DNA of 64,000 bases. It comes from Mobula hypostoma (taxonomy: Eukaryota). The DNA lies in the NCBI RefSeq assembly GCF_963921235.1, contig NC_086097.1, forward strand, positions 15,500,001-15,564,000. The letters run 5' to 3'. Both the position numbers and the translations under genes were made by a program. Within the stretch, counting starts at the first letter, position 1. Each line of letters begins with the position of its first letter. Shown here piece after piece: positions 11,216 through 23,938 of this stretch. The notes below the pieces were generated by a model that saw nothing but the letters and a program-made list of their open reading frames with translations, was not told the DNA's origin and did not search any database.

Positions 11216-12299
11216 CTAAATGGAGTTGCAACTGTTTTCAAAGACCGATAGTCTTGTTTCAGGTTGTGCATTATGCTCGGCTGCTATTGTCTTAGCACTA
11301 ATTGCCCGTGAGATGCAAGAATGGATGTCATGTTTATTTAATACATTAATTTTTAGGATCAGGCTGTTGGTAAGGCCAGCATTAATTACCCATCGCAGTG
11401 CATTTGTGGTGGACAATTCTTTTGCATTGCTGTTGAGTAGCAATTTCTAGGACAAAATGGCAATGGAGGCACAGTGCCAAATTTCCAAGTCAGGATGGTG
11501 TGCACCTTGAAGGGGAACGTACGGGTTCTGATATCTTCATGCATCTACTCTTCTCACCTCAGTAACAGAAATGGATTTAGACGGTGCTCTCACAAGGGCC
11601 AGGATAGTAACTACAATGCATTTTGGGTATAAAATGTAGTCACTGTGTGCTAACGGTAGGAGAGAGTTCCAATCTTACAGACTGCTTTGACCTGAATGGT
11701 GTTACACTTCAATATAGCAGGACCTGTGCAGCTCCAGGAAGCAGAAAGCTTATGCCATCATACTTAACAATAGCTTGTAGGTGGTGAACTTACTTTGCGA
11801 TGTCTGGAGAGCAGGTACATGCTGCAGTTACCTAATACCTGACCTGACCTGACCTGACCTGCCCTTGCAGTTGCAATAATTACTTGAATTTCCAGTCAGT
11901 GGTCATCCCTAGAAATGTTGATGGATGGGGAACTTGGCGATGGTAATCTTTATTTTTCTCTTGCTACATGGGGGGAGGACATACAGGTTCTCAAATCATT
12001 CTCGTTACTCAGTTCTATTCTCCCACCTTTTTCCCTGTAACCTTTATAATGCACTCACCAACAGCACCCTCTTTATCCACCACAGTTCTCCTATACTAAG
12101 CAGCAATTTATAACAGTCAGTGAATTTATCGATGTCTCTTTGGGATGGGGAAGGAAACCAGAGTAGCATGCAACTTCACAGTATCCAAGTGTGGTGCTTA
12201 GGTCAGTTTGATTTTTATTTTTTCTCTGCTTAAGCATAATGGTTGTGGTCCAACTGAGTGAGGGACCACATTGCTGTGAGCCTGAACAACCGTGTTGCC

Positions 12300-13285
12300 C
12301 AGATAAGAGTCCATAAGATCATAAGACATGGGAGCAGAATTAAGCCATTCAGACCATCGAGACTGCTCTGCCATTCCATCATGGCTGATCCCAGATCCCA
12401 CTCAACCCCATACACCTGCCTTCTTGCCATATCCTTTGATGTCCTGACTGATCAGGAAACAATCAAATTCCACTTTAAATATACCCACTGACTTGGCTCC
12501 AATACAGTCTGTGGCAGAGCATTCCATAGATTTGCTACTGTCTGGCTAAAAAAATTTCCTCCTTAGCTCTGTTCTTAAAGGTTGCCCTTCAATTCTGGAG
12601 CTGTGCCCTCTGGTTCTGGATACCCCACCATAGGAAACATCCTCTCCACATCCACCCTATCTAGTCCTTTCAACATTCAGTAGGTTTCATTGAGATCCCC
12701 CTGCATTCTTCTAAATTCCAGTGAGTACAGGCCCAAAGCTGCCAAACACTCCTCATATGTTAACCCCTTCATTCCAGAATCATCCTCGTGAACCTCCTCT
12801 GAACTCTCTCCAATGACAACACATCCTTTCTGAGATTATGGGGTTCAAAACTGTTGACAATACTCCAGGTGTGGCCTGACTAGTATCTTATAAATCCTCA
12901 GCATTATCTCCTTGCTTTTATATTCTATTCCCCTTGAAATAAATACCAACTTTGCATTTGCCTTCTTTATCACAGACTCAACCTGTATGTAAATTAACCT
13001 TCTGAGAGTCTTGCACAAGGACTCCAAAGTCCCTCTGCACCTCTGTTAGTATCTTCTCCCCATGTAGATAATAGTCCGCACAATTGTTCCTTTTACCAAA
13101 ATACATTATCATACATTTCCCAACACTGTATTCCATCTGCCCCTTTTTTTTGCTCATTCTTCCAATTTATCTAAGTCCTGCTGCAATCGCATTGCTTCCT
13201 CAGCACTTCCGTCCACTTATCTTCATATCATCCACAAATTTTGCCACAAAGCCATCAATTCAATTATTCAAATTATTGACAAACC
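12300..13285 (-). mobile_element. CR1 LINE 3' fragment
   Basis: QVESVIKKANAKLVFISRGIEYKSKEIMLRIYKILVRPHLEYC, with a (cataagat)n-type tail at ~12300-12325. Confidence 0.85.
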
Positions 13286-13371
13286 ATATTGTAGGGGTGG
13301 CAGATTTCCTTCCTATACGGAATCTTTGTTAGAGTAGCAGAGTTTTTAATTACAAATTACAAAGTCGTACC

Positions 13372-13592
13372 ACACTACAGCATAGAAACAGGCCATTTGG
13401 CCCATCTAGTCTGTGCCGAACTATTATTCTGCCTAGTCCAATCGAAGTGCACCCGGACCATAGCCCTCCATACTCCTCCCATCCATGTAACTATCCAAAT
13501 TTTTCTTAAGTGTTGAAATCGAACCCGCAATAACTGCTTCCACTGCTCACCACCCTCTGAGTGAAGAAGATCCCCTTCATGTTCCCCTTCTC
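13372..13592 (-). mobile_element. CR1 LINE 3' end
   Basis: Reverse-complement CR1 3' UTR. The host sequence appears to resume near 14376, after the Rex insertion. Confidence 0.65.
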
Positions 13593-13614
13593 TCTGACAC
13601 AGTGTTCCCCTTCT

Positions 13615-14372
13615 GTCTGACACAGTGGTGTCAAGAAAACAACCTCTCCCTCAATGTCACAAAAACAAAAGAGCTGGTTGTGGATTACAGGAGGATTGGA
13701 GACGGGTTAGCCCCTATTGACATCAATAGATCTGGGGTTGAGAGGGTAAACAGCTTTAAGTTCCTTGGCATCCACATGACCGAGGATCTCACGTGGTCTG
13801 TACACACCAGCTGTGTGGTGAAAAAGGCACAACAGCATCTCTTTCACCTCAGACAGTTGAGGAAGTTTGATATGGGCCCCCAAATCCTAAGAACTTCCTA
13901 CAGGTGCACAATTGAGAGCATCCTGACTGGCTGCATCACTGTCTGGTATGGGAACTGTACCTCCCTTAATCGCAGGAGTCTGCAGAGAGTGGTGCGGACA
14001 GCCCAGCGCATCTGTAGTTGTGAACTTCCCATGACTCAGGACATTTACAAGGACAGGTGTGTAAAAAGGGCCTGTAGGATCACTGGGAACCTGAGTCACC
14101 TCAACCACAATCTACTCCAGCTGCTACCATCTGGGAAGCAGTACCGCAGCATAAAAGCCAGGACCAACAGGCTCCCACACAGCTTCTTCCACCAGGCCAT
14201 CAGACTGATGAACTCACGCTGATTTGAGTGTACTCCATATTATATTGACTGTTCTATTTATTACAAATTATTTTAAATTACTATGATTGCACATGGCACA
14301 TTCAGATGGAGATGCAACATAAAGCTTTTTACTCATGTATGTGAAGGATGTAAAAAAAAAGTCAATTCAGTT
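13615..14372 (+). mobile_element. Rex1/Babar-like LINE (second subfamily), 5'-truncated
   Basis: WCQENNLSLNVTKTKELVVDYRR...SFKFLGIH...LFHLRQLRKF...SFFHQAIRLMN. Confidence 0.85.
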
Positions 14373-14539
14373 AAACATTTCACCTTTCACCCTTAACACA
14401 TGATCTCTAATTCTAGTTTGACTATAAACTGAATTCCAATCCAATCCAATCCTGCCTTGGTGAGATTTGAACCGTTAAGCCTCAAGGTATGTCTGTAGCA
14501 GAGGTATAACTGATGCTCAGGAGCAAGTTCAGGTGCTTG

Positions 14540-14745
14540 TGGGCAGCACAGTGATGCAGCTAGTCTAGTTTCTTCCTCTGCTCAGGTGACCTGGGCTCAA
14601 TCATGATCTCAAGTGCTCTCTGTTGAGAGTTTGCACATTTTCTCTGTGACCCTGTATGTTTTCTCCTTGTGCTCTGGTTTTCCATTGCATCCCAAATACG
14701 TGTGTGTTAATTGGCCATTGTAAATTGCCTGTGGTGCGGCTGGTA
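14540..14745 (+). mobile_element. V-SINE, decayed (a second fragment follows at ~14810-14960)
   Basis: ggcagcacagtgatgcagc head and V-domain gagtttgcacattttctctgtgacc... Confidence 0.6.
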
Positions 14746-15107
14746 AGGAAATTTGTGGAGAATAAGTCACAGGGCACAAGATTCGGTTGCTGAATGCTGT
14801 TCCATTTGTGGCGTTGTTATACAGCTCCGGTAACCCACATTCCATCCTGGCTTTGGGTGCTTTCCATGTGGAGTTTGTATGTGATGCCTGGGCTTTTCTA
14901 ATGTATTCTGGGTTCTTCTCACATCCATGAGCCATTCTGGTTGATATATTAATTGGCTGCTGTGGTAGATGGGTGGCAGAAACACGCGGGGGGGGTGGAA
15001 TTGCTGGGCAAAGGTGACAAAGTAGGTTTGTGGAAATAAGTGGGGAAATTCAACTGATGGATGTTCTCTGAGAGCTGCCATAGACTCACTGGATGCCTTC
15101 TGTGTTA

Positions 15108-15455
15108 AGACCATAAGATATGGAAGCAGAAGTAGGCCATTCGCCCCTTCGAGTCTGCTCCACCATTCAATCATTGACTGATTCAATTCTTCCAGTCATC
15201 CCCACTCCCCCGCTTTCACCCCATACCCTTTGATACCCTGGCTAATCAAGAACCTATCTATCTCTGCCTCAAATACACCCAATGACTTGGCATCACAGCC
15301 GCTTGTAGCAACAAATTCCACAGATTTACCACCCTCTGACTAAAATAATTTCTCTGCATCTCAGTTCTAAAAGGACATCCTTCAATCCTGAAGTCGTGCC
15401 CTCTTGCCCTCGAATCCCCTACCATGGGAAATAACTTTACTATATCTAATCTGTT
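15108..15455 (-). mobile_element. CR1 LINE 3' end
   Basis: agaccataagat tail. Similar to 24978-25320. Confidence 0.8.
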
Positions 15456-15757
15456 AAATGAAAATCATAAATGTGATCTAATCTGGGGGCTGCGGGGTTG
15501 GTGGTGGGATATGCACAGTATCGTTGGGAAGAAAGACCGTTCTTGATAAATTCACCTAGTTTCTTCTGTTAACAAGAATTTGTTGATTAAGTACATGCAT
15601 TTAGACATTTCAAGCAATGCATGAAAGAAGCTACAGCTGAAACAGCTTAACAAGCATTTCATTTACATGGTGAAAAACACAGCAGTTTAACAAATGGAAT
15701 TAGGGCAAGTTAAACTATTAGTAAATCAAGAGTTTAATTCCAGTATTGATAGGAATG

Positions 15758-16005
15758 TTTATTTGTTTAGAGATGCAGTGCAGAGTAGACCCTTCTAGCC
15801 GCCCCAGCAAACCTGACAAATCTGATTAACCCTAACCTAATAAAGGGACAATTTACAGTGACCAATTAACCTATCCGGTACATCTTTGGACTGTGGGAGG
15901 AAATTGGAGGACCCAGAGAAAACCCACGCATTCTATGTACAGAACGGCACTGGAATTGAACTCCGAACTCCGGATTCCCCGAACTGTAATAGTGTCACGC
16001 TAACC
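15758..16005 (-). mobile_element. V-SINE (HE1-like)
   Basis: Reverse-complement V-domain (tctttggactgtgggaggaaatt...aaacccacgca). Confidence 0.7.
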
Positions 16006-16406
16006 TTGGAATTAAATTTCCTGGTGAGCTAAATTTTGCTCTACTTCAGTGCCAGTTAGAGCATCATAACAAATTTAACCCAAGAAGAACAGTTGTGCAG
16101 CTTGATTGTGGCTTTTGGTTGTGTTGAGGTTTGTGATCGACTATTAGTATGAAATATTTCAGGTGCATTGGTACCTTCACTAAGACAGAGAGGCACACGG
16201 CAAGCATTTCCTCTCAAGGGATTGGAGAAGGGTAAAAATAAGATGCTAAACTCTTTCAAGTAGGATGTCAGCACAGAACACAATCTCAAGAGTTGTTTAC
16301 AAAGCTTCTATAATTTACTTTGGAACAAACTGATGCACTAATCATTGCAATTTTATATTGCTTCTTTAGCATATCTGATTGAATTAAAGATGTTATTTGT
16401 TTTTAG

Positions 16407-16517
16407 TATGAACGTTTGAAAAAACTTTACACGGATGTAGAAGAGAAAGCGGCAGCAGCAGAGCTCCAAATAAAGCACCTATCATCAGATTATAGAACCC
16501 AGCTACAGCAGAAAGAA
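16407..16517 (+). CDS. TRIP11: TRIP11 coding exon (exon-3 equivalent)
   Basis: ttttag|...|gtaggt, 111 bp, phase 0-0. [37 protein letters not shown]. Confidence 0.93.
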
Positions 16518-16619
16518 GTAGGTCAAAGACTTTGTGTATTTTTCTTCTATTTAAGGTCTTGTGTTCAGTGTTAATCATAAAGTTATTTCAGCTTTTTAAA
16601 TGTTCCTATTTTCTTCATA

Positions 16620-16675
16620 CAGTGAATCCCTGTTATAGCGCGATCGTTTGGGCGCGTAAAATCGGGGTTTCACTG
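16620..16675. mobile_element. 56-bp Tc1/mariner-Tigger-type mini-MITE
   Basis: TA|cagtgaatccc...gggtttcactg|TA. Confidence 0.65.
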
Positions 16676-17716
16676 TATTAAGGTTTTCTTTTGAGAAATT
16701 ATATGTAAGCAGTGTGAGTACTGGTCCATCTCCAGGACTCTGCCTGTGTAATAGTTTTGTATCTGTCTGCTGTGAGTACAGGCAGGCTATTTGATTATGT
16801 GAATTGTTAAATCAAATGGAATTCAATTTTACTTGTTATTCAACCATACATGAATATAGCTGAATAAAACAGTGTTCTTTTGGGGGGACCAAGGTTCAAA
16901 ACATACTCAGCACAGCAGAAGGCACACAGCACGTAAGCTAGCAAGCACACATACAGTCACGCAAAAAAAAAACACGTGTATAACCCAAGTCCTGGAGTGA
17001 TATGTCCCACAAATTGATGAGGCGGTTCCTGGCAGTCTGCAGACTAGCTTGTCATTCCACTAATCGGAACACTGGAGTGCAGCTCTGACAGGAGTGGCCA
17101 GCCCCCAACTAGCATGGACAACGCTGCACCGCCTCCAGTGTCTCCTCTCCTAGATGGCAGCATCAGGCAAGCCTGCAGCTTGAGGCCTAGTCCTCACTAA
17201 ACCGAGGCCATACAGCTCCCCTGCTGTCTGTTGCACCACCAAACAAGAGAAACAGGCCTGTAGCACCTTACGTTATCAATGTCCAATCGGATCTTGTGAT
17301 CTCAAGAGAAACGCCCAGGACAATCACCCGCAGATATACTACATGCTGCCATCAAGCACCAACTTTGATGCCTTTCTGTAGCAGGCAACAACATGTTCTG
17401 CACCAAGTCCAGCTGCTCTGCCAAGAAGCAACTCACTGATGGGCTAGAGCTGCAGTACCGAAAGTTCTTGGAGGCAGGCACTGCCTTGCGATCATAAAAA
17501 AAAGTAATTTTAAAAAAGAAAAAGCACCTTTGGTTGGTCTTGAGTTTCTGAGTATGCCGCGATCTTGCTAGGAGTGGTTATTAACTGTTCTCTCTCAATA
17601 ACAAACACCTGACATTGGTTACTGGAAATTATTTAATTCTAGCAATCCCACTTTCCTTTTACCAGTGCATCAGAAACTAAACCATTTTTAGCAACCACAA
17701 CAGTTAAGTCGGCTAA

Positions 17717-17877
17717 CACTCACAACACGCTGGAGGAACTCAGCAGGACCTGAGTCCTGACGAAGGGTTCCGGCCCGAAACGTCGACCGATCTTTTCTAC
17801 GGATGCTGCCCGACCTGCTGAGTTCCTCCAGCATGTTGTGAGTGTTGCTTTGATCCCAGCATCTGCAGATTATTTTG
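17717..17877 (+). mobile_element. Penelope-like terminal-repeat insert with 15-bp TSD
   Basis: agttaagtcggctaa at 17702-17716 and 17878-17892. A short inverted 5' piece is followed by a hammerhead-bearing repeat. Confidence 0.8.
17753..17788 (+). ncRNA. Minimal type I hammerhead ribozyme motif (Penelope-type)
   Basis: agtc-CTGACGA-agggttccggccc-GAAA-cgtc-gacc. Confidence 0.7.
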
Positions 17878-18900
17878 AGTTAAGTCGGCTAATTCAGCAA
17901 TGACCACATTAAACTTCAGATATTTTTGGTCACTTATCTTCTTGTTGTTTAATCAGGAAGATCACATAAAACCACTGAAGCATTTTTATCCACCTTCCTT
18001 TCATTTATAATGGATTATTCTGGTGTTGACGGAAAAACAGGTTTATTTCACAACTTTGTGTGAATTACTTTTATAAAGCTATGAAGATATTTTCTGAAGT
18101 TATCTTTGAATTCATGTCAGTATATCATCATACAAAAGTTAATTTGTATCAGGAATGAATGTAAAATCTAACTGTTCGGACACATACTAAGTAAATGAAT
18201 TGTACCAGAAGGTGGTATTGAAATTCCCAAGTCGGAGAAGTAGTAGATTATAAATGTAAATCTAAACGTTGTGTTGTGCAATCAGAAGATGAGCACATGT
18301 TCTCTAGGAAACTGGACTGTTTTCATGAATTATGAGGCCAAATCATGCTGTCTGTCACAGTGCATGTTCTCAGGCAAGGAATTACCAGATTTATCTGTTT
18401 TGCATATTAGATACAGGCAATTTGTCACTATGCTGCATTATCTGTCTCCAACAGCGCAGCCCAGTCTTTCCAGCATTTCCCAATATTACAGTGGAGAATT
18501 TGACTCTCCCCTCCAATCCTGGAAGGATTTGGTGCAGGATTAGAGATACCATTACTTGAGTGGGTTTCCTGGCTTTGAGATTAGAGGAAATTATTTTAAT
18601 TTGATCAATTTCCTGATTTGTTTTAATTAAATTTATTTATTTTGAGTTTTAATCATTTCAAAGTTTTCAATAGTTTGTAAGTTTTAATTGTCTCTCAGTA
18701 ACATGGTCATAATAGGAAGTGGGGTTCTGACCTCAGTCCAGCATAAGTTGCTAGCCTTCTGACCATAGGCCTTGATGGCATGTTGTCTGAGACCTGTTCA
18801 ATACTGTGACCTTGTTATGTCTGTTCAGGTACCTCCAGATGCAGAAGGTTGACTTGACTGGTCATCTGTGTCTGGTTGAAATAAACATCAGTCAGAGGTT

Positions 18901-18936
18901 AGTCCTGACGAAGGGTCTCGGCCTGAAACGTCGACT
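18901..18936 (+). ncRNA. Minimal type I hammerhead ribozyme motif (Penelope-type)
   Basis: Stem I agtc/gact, CTGACGA, stem II agg/cct, GAAA, palindromic acgt, and a GTC cleavage triplet ending at 18932. Confidence 0.78.
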
Positions 18937-19034
18937 GCGCCTCTTCCTATAGATGCTGCTTGGCCTGCTGCGTTCACCAGCAATTTTGATGTATGTTGCT
19001 TGAATTTCCAGCATCTGCAGAATTCCTGTTGTTT
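18901..19034 (+). mobile_element. Penelope-like terminal-repeat insert with 13-bp TSD
   Basis: tcagtcagaggtt at 18888-18900 and 19035-19047. Nearly identical to 46147-46277. Confidence 0.8.
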
Positions 19035-19119
19035 TCAGTCAGAGGTTTTGAGGGTGGTGAGTTGAAGCAGTGGGTCATGTGCAGATTAATATGGTCTTGT
19101 GCATCTGAATTGTCAGGTT

Positions 19120-19484
19120 TAGAATATGGAACAGTAGACAGGAACAGGCCCACAGTGTCTGCAATGCATGTGATGCCAAATTAAACTATCTTCTGTTAAT
19201 GATTTCTATCAAGTCTCATTTCAGGCTCTACAAACATTCAACTACTTTTTCATCACGAGCAATAACAGCCCCATCAGTGTTCCCTACACCACTGGTCTGG
19301 GATCTCCAGCCAGTACAATGCTCTCCTATCACCTCACTTTGTCTTCCAGGGGCAAACTACCTTGCCACCATGGATTTCATGCATTCTAAACATCTGTCTC
19401 TGCCTAAGTGAGGAACATTGTCAGATGTCTTACTAAAATCCATGTAGTCAGTGAGCTGCCCTCCCCTCATCAATTACCTTTGTC
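19120..19484 (-). mobile_element. Old CR1 LINE, first part (continues at ~29557-30400)
   Basis: Reverse-complement RT sequence (..MDFSKTSD..). ...acctttgtc joins acctgctcaaaa... at 29557 to restore the CR1 FxxVTxxxD region. Confidence 0.6.
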
Positions 19485-20860
19485 CAGCAGCCAATCCAGA
19501 CATCAGGAGTTTGGAGAAGAGGAGACTTTAATCAGGTCCACTGCCCAAGGATAAAAAGGGAACAGTGGGTCGCGGCAGTGAGAAAGAGCTTTGACCAGTG
19601 ATCAATCAGCGTTCGGGATTGATTAGTAAGAGCAAATTAAAGGAGGGTAGGGGCAAGCACAGCACTCAGAGAAAGCAAAGGAAAGAAAAGCTCAAGTTTT
19701 TCTTTCCTTATCTTCTTTATATCTGCTCAGCTAGGACAGTAGAGATGCTTGGCAAGATAGTGAAATGTTCCTCTTCTGGGATGTGGGAAGGCAGGGAGAC
19801 CTCCAGTGTCCCTGACGACTATAACTGCAAGAAGTGCATCCAGCTGCAGCTTCTAGCAAACTGCATTAAGGAATTGGAACTGGAACTGGATGAACTCCGG
19901 ATCAGCTGAGGCAGTGATAGATAGGACATATAAAGAAGTAGTTCCACCCAGGAAACTGGGTGACAGTCAGGAAGGGGAAAGGGGTTAAGGAGCCAGTGCA
20001 GAGTACCCCTGTGGCCATCCTCCTCAACAACAGGTATATCACTTGGGGTGCTGTTGGGGGGGGGGGTGCGGGATGTGGATGACCTGACAGAGGAAAGTCA
20101 CAGTGATTGGGTCTCTGGAACTGGGTCTGCCTCTATGACTCAGAAGGGAAGAGGGAGAAGAGGCACACTGTGGTGTTAGGGGATTTGTTAGTTAAGGGAA
20201 CAGACAGGATGTTCTGTGGGCAAGAGCAAGATCCCCAGATGGTATATTGCCTCTGGGTGCTAGGGTCCAGGTAGCTCGGCATTCTTAAGTGAGAGGGTGA
20301 ACAGCCAGAAGTTGTGGTCCACATAGATACGAATGACATGGGTAAGACGAGTAATGAGGTTCTGTATAGAAAGTTCAGACAGTCGGGTGCTAAGTTAAAG
20401 GGCAGGACCTCCAGGGTTGTGATCTCAGGATTGCTACCCATGCCATGTGCTAGTGAGATCAGAACTAGGAAGAGTATGTAGTTTAATACATGGCTAAGGA
20501 GTTGGTTTAGGAGGGAGGGCATAAGGTTTTTGGATTATTGGGCTCTCTTTTAGGGAAGATGGGACATGTACAGAAGGGATGGTTTGCACCTGAACTAGAG
20601 GGGGACTAATATCCTAACGGGAAGATTTGTTAATGCTGCACAGTGGGGTTTAAACTAGAGGGGGATGGTAACCAAAGTGCCAGAGAGGTTGTGGAGGCCG
20701 ATGTTGGTAAGATCTCAGACATAATTAGGAATCAAAAGGTTGAACATGGTGCAACTAGTGCCCTGAGCTGCTCATATTTCAATGCAAGAAATATCGTAGG
20801 AAAGGTGGAATATAGTGCCGTAGATGATGTAGCTGGTTTACAAACAGAGGCAATGTAAAG
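19485..20860 (+). mobile_element. CR1 LINE 5' UTR and decayed ORF1 (zinc finger, coiled coil, SGNH esterase)
   Basis: VKCSSSGMWE...DYNCKKCIQLQLL...ELELELDELR, then VVLGD, VVVHIDTND and DGLHLN esterase motifs, with stops. Confidence 0.85.
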
Positions 20861-20879
20861 GCATTGTCTACAAGAAGTC

Positions 20880-23353
20880 TACAAAATTGTCTAAAGTTGT
20901 GGTGGTAGGGGATTTTAATTTTCCATATACTGATTGGGACTCCCATACTGTTAGGGGTCTAGATGGATTAGAGTTTGTAAAATGTGTTCAGGAAAGTTTT
21001 CTAAATCAATATATAGAGGGACCAACTAGAGGGGATGCAATATTGGATCTCCTGTTAGGAAACGAGTTAGGACAAGTGATAGAAGTCTGTGCAGGGGAGC
21101 ACTTTGGTTCCAGTGATCATAACACCATTAGTTTCAACTTGATCATGGACAAGGATAGATCTGGTCTTAGGGTTGAGGTTCTTAATTGGAAGAAGGCCAA
21201 ATTTGAAGAAATGAGAAAGGATCTAAAAAGCGTGGATTGGGACAGGTTGTTCTCTGGCAAGGATGTGATCAGTAGGTGGGAAGCCTTCAAAGGAGAAATT
21301 TTGAGAGTGCAGAATTTGTATGTTCCTGTCAGGATTAAAGGCAAAGTGAATAGGAATAAGGAACCTTGGTTCTCAAGGGATATTGCAACTCTGATAAAGA
21401 AGAAGAGGGAGTTGTATGACATGTATAGGAAGCAGGGAGTAAATAAGGTGCTTGAGGAGTATAAGAAGTGCAAGAAAATACTTAAGAAAGAAATCAGGAG
21501 GGCTAAAAGAAGACATGAGGTTGCCTTGGCAGTCAAAGTGAAGGATAATCCAAAGAGCTTTTACAGGTATATTAAGAGCAAAAGGATTGTAAGGGATAAA
21601 ATTAGTCCTCTTGAAGATCAGAGTGGTCGGCTATGTGCGGAACCAAAGGAAATGGGGGAGATCTTAACTAGGTTTTTTGCGTCTGTATTTACTAAGGAAA
21701 CTGGCATGAAGTCTATGGAATTAAGGGAAACAAGTAGTGTGATCATGGAAACTGTACAGATCGAAAAGGAGGAGGTTCTTGCTGTCTTGAGGAAAATTAA
21801 AGTGGATAAATCCCTGGGACCTGACAGGGTATTCCCTCGGACCTTGAAGGAGACTAGTGTTGAAATTGCAGGGGCCCTGGCAGAAATATTTAAAATGTCG
21901 CTGTCTACAGGTGAGGTGCCGGAGAATTGGAGAGTGGCTCATGTTGTTCCATTGTTTAAAAAAGTATTGAAGAGTAATCCGGGAAATTATAGGCCAGTAA
22001 ATTTAACGTCGGTAGTAGGTAAGTTATAGGAGGGAGTACTAAGAGACAGAATCTACAAGCACTTATTAGGGAGAGTCAACATGGCTTTGTGCGTGGTAGG
22101 TCATGTTTGACCAATCTATTGGAGTTTTTCGAGGATGTTACCAGGAAGGTGGATGAAGGGAAGGCAGTGGATATTGTCTACATGGACTTCAGTAAGGCCT
22201 TTGACAAGGTCCCGCATGGGAGGCTAGTTAGGAAAATTCAATTGCTAGGTATACATGGAGAGGTGGTAAATTGGATTAGACATTGGCTTAATGGAAGAAG
22301 CCAAAGAGTGGTAGTAGAGAATTGCTTCTCCGAGTGGAGGCCTGTGACTAGTGGTGTGCCACAGGGATCAGTGCTGGGTCCATTGTTATTTGTCATCTGT
22401 ATCAATGATCTGGATGATAATGTGGTAAATTGGATCAGCAAATTTGCTGATGATACAAAGATTGGAGGTGTAGTAGACAGTGAGGAAGGTTTTCAGAGCC
22501 TGCAGAGGGACTTGGACCAGCTGGAAAAATGGGCTGAAAAATGGCAGATGGAGTTTAATACAGACAAGTGTGAGGTATTGCATGTTGGAAGGACAAACCA
22601 AGGTAGAACATACAGGGTTAATGGTAAGGCACTGAGGAGTGCAGTGGAACAGAGGGATCTGGGAATACAGATACAAAATTCCCTAAAAGTGGCATCACAG
22701 GTAGGTAGGGTTGTAAAGAGAGCTTTTGGTACATTGGCCTTTATTAATCAAAGTATTGAGTATAAGATCTGGAATGTTATGATGAGGTTGTATAAGGCAT
22801 TGATGAGGCCGAATCTGGAGTATTGTGTTCAGTTTTGGTCACCAAATTACAGGAAGGATATAAATAAGGTTGAAAGAGTGCAGAGAAGGTTTACAAGGAT
22901 GTTGCCAGGACTTGAGAAACTCAGTTACAGAGAAAGATTGAATAGGTTAGGACTTTATTCCCTGGAGCATAGAAGAATGAGGGGAGATTTGATAGAGGTA
23001 TATAAAATTATGATGGGTATAGATAGAGTGAATGCAAGCAGGCTTTTTCCACTGAGGCAAGGGGAGAAAAAACCAGAGGACATGGGTTAAGGGTGGGGGG
23101 GAAAAGTTTAAAGGGAACATTGGGGGGGCTTCTTCACACAGAGAGTGGTGGGAGTATGGAATGAGCTGCCAGATGAGGTGGTAAATGCGGGTTCTTTTTT
23201 AACATTTAAGAATAAATTGGACAGATACATGGATGGGAGGTGTATGGAGGGATATGGTCCGTGTGCAGGTCAGTGGGACTAGGCAGAAAATGGTTCGGCA
23301 CAGCCAAGAAGGACCAAAAGGCCTGTTTCTGTGCTGTAGTTTCTATGGTTCTA
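20880..23353 (+). mobile_element. Young CR1 LINE, 5'-truncated ORF2 (endonuclease C-half and RT)
   Basis: VVVGDFNFP, LDLLL, SDH, GVPQGSVLGP and FADDTK motifs, few disablements, tail ttctatggttcta. Confidence 0.92.
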
Positions 23354-23938
23354 AGGGTCAGAGCCGTCTCTATTTCCTGAGGAGACTGAGGTCCTTTAAC
23401 ATCTGCCGGACAATGCTGAGGATGTTCTACGAGTCTGTGGTGGTCAGTGCGATCATGTTTGCTGTTGTGTGCTGGGGCAGCAGGCTGAGGGTAGTAGACA
23501 CCAACAGAATCGGCAAACTCATTCGTAAGGCCAGTGATGTTGTGGGGATGGAACTGGGCTGTCTGACGGTGGTGTCTGAAAAGAGGATGCTGTCCAAGTT
23601 GCATGCCATCTCGGACAATGTCTCCCATCCACTACATAATGTACAGGGTGGGCATAGGAGTACATTCAGCCAGAGACTCATTCCACCGAGATGCAACACA
23701 GAACGTCATAGGAAGTCATTCCTGCCTGTGGCCATCAAACTTTACAACTCCTCCCTTGGAGGGTCAGACACCCTGAGCCAATAGGCTGGTCCTGGACTTA
23801 TTTCCTGGCATAATTTACATATTACTATTTAATTATTTATGGTTTTATTACTATTTAATTATTTATGGTGCAACTGTAACGAAAACCAGTTTCCCCCGGG
23901 ATCAATAGACTATGACTATGATTATGACTATGACTGTG
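23354..23938 (+). mobile_element. Rex1/Babar LINE 3' fragment (its 5' stub gtctacaagaag is at 20866-20877)
   Basis: Near-identical to 10281-10839, with a (gactat)n tail. Confidence 0.88.

Noticed and set aside
19485..23353. A single intact autonomous CR1 (ORF1 plus ORF2)
   Set aside because: ORF1 and the ORF2 at 20880 belong to different insertions. Both have stops, and the endonuclease N-half is missing.
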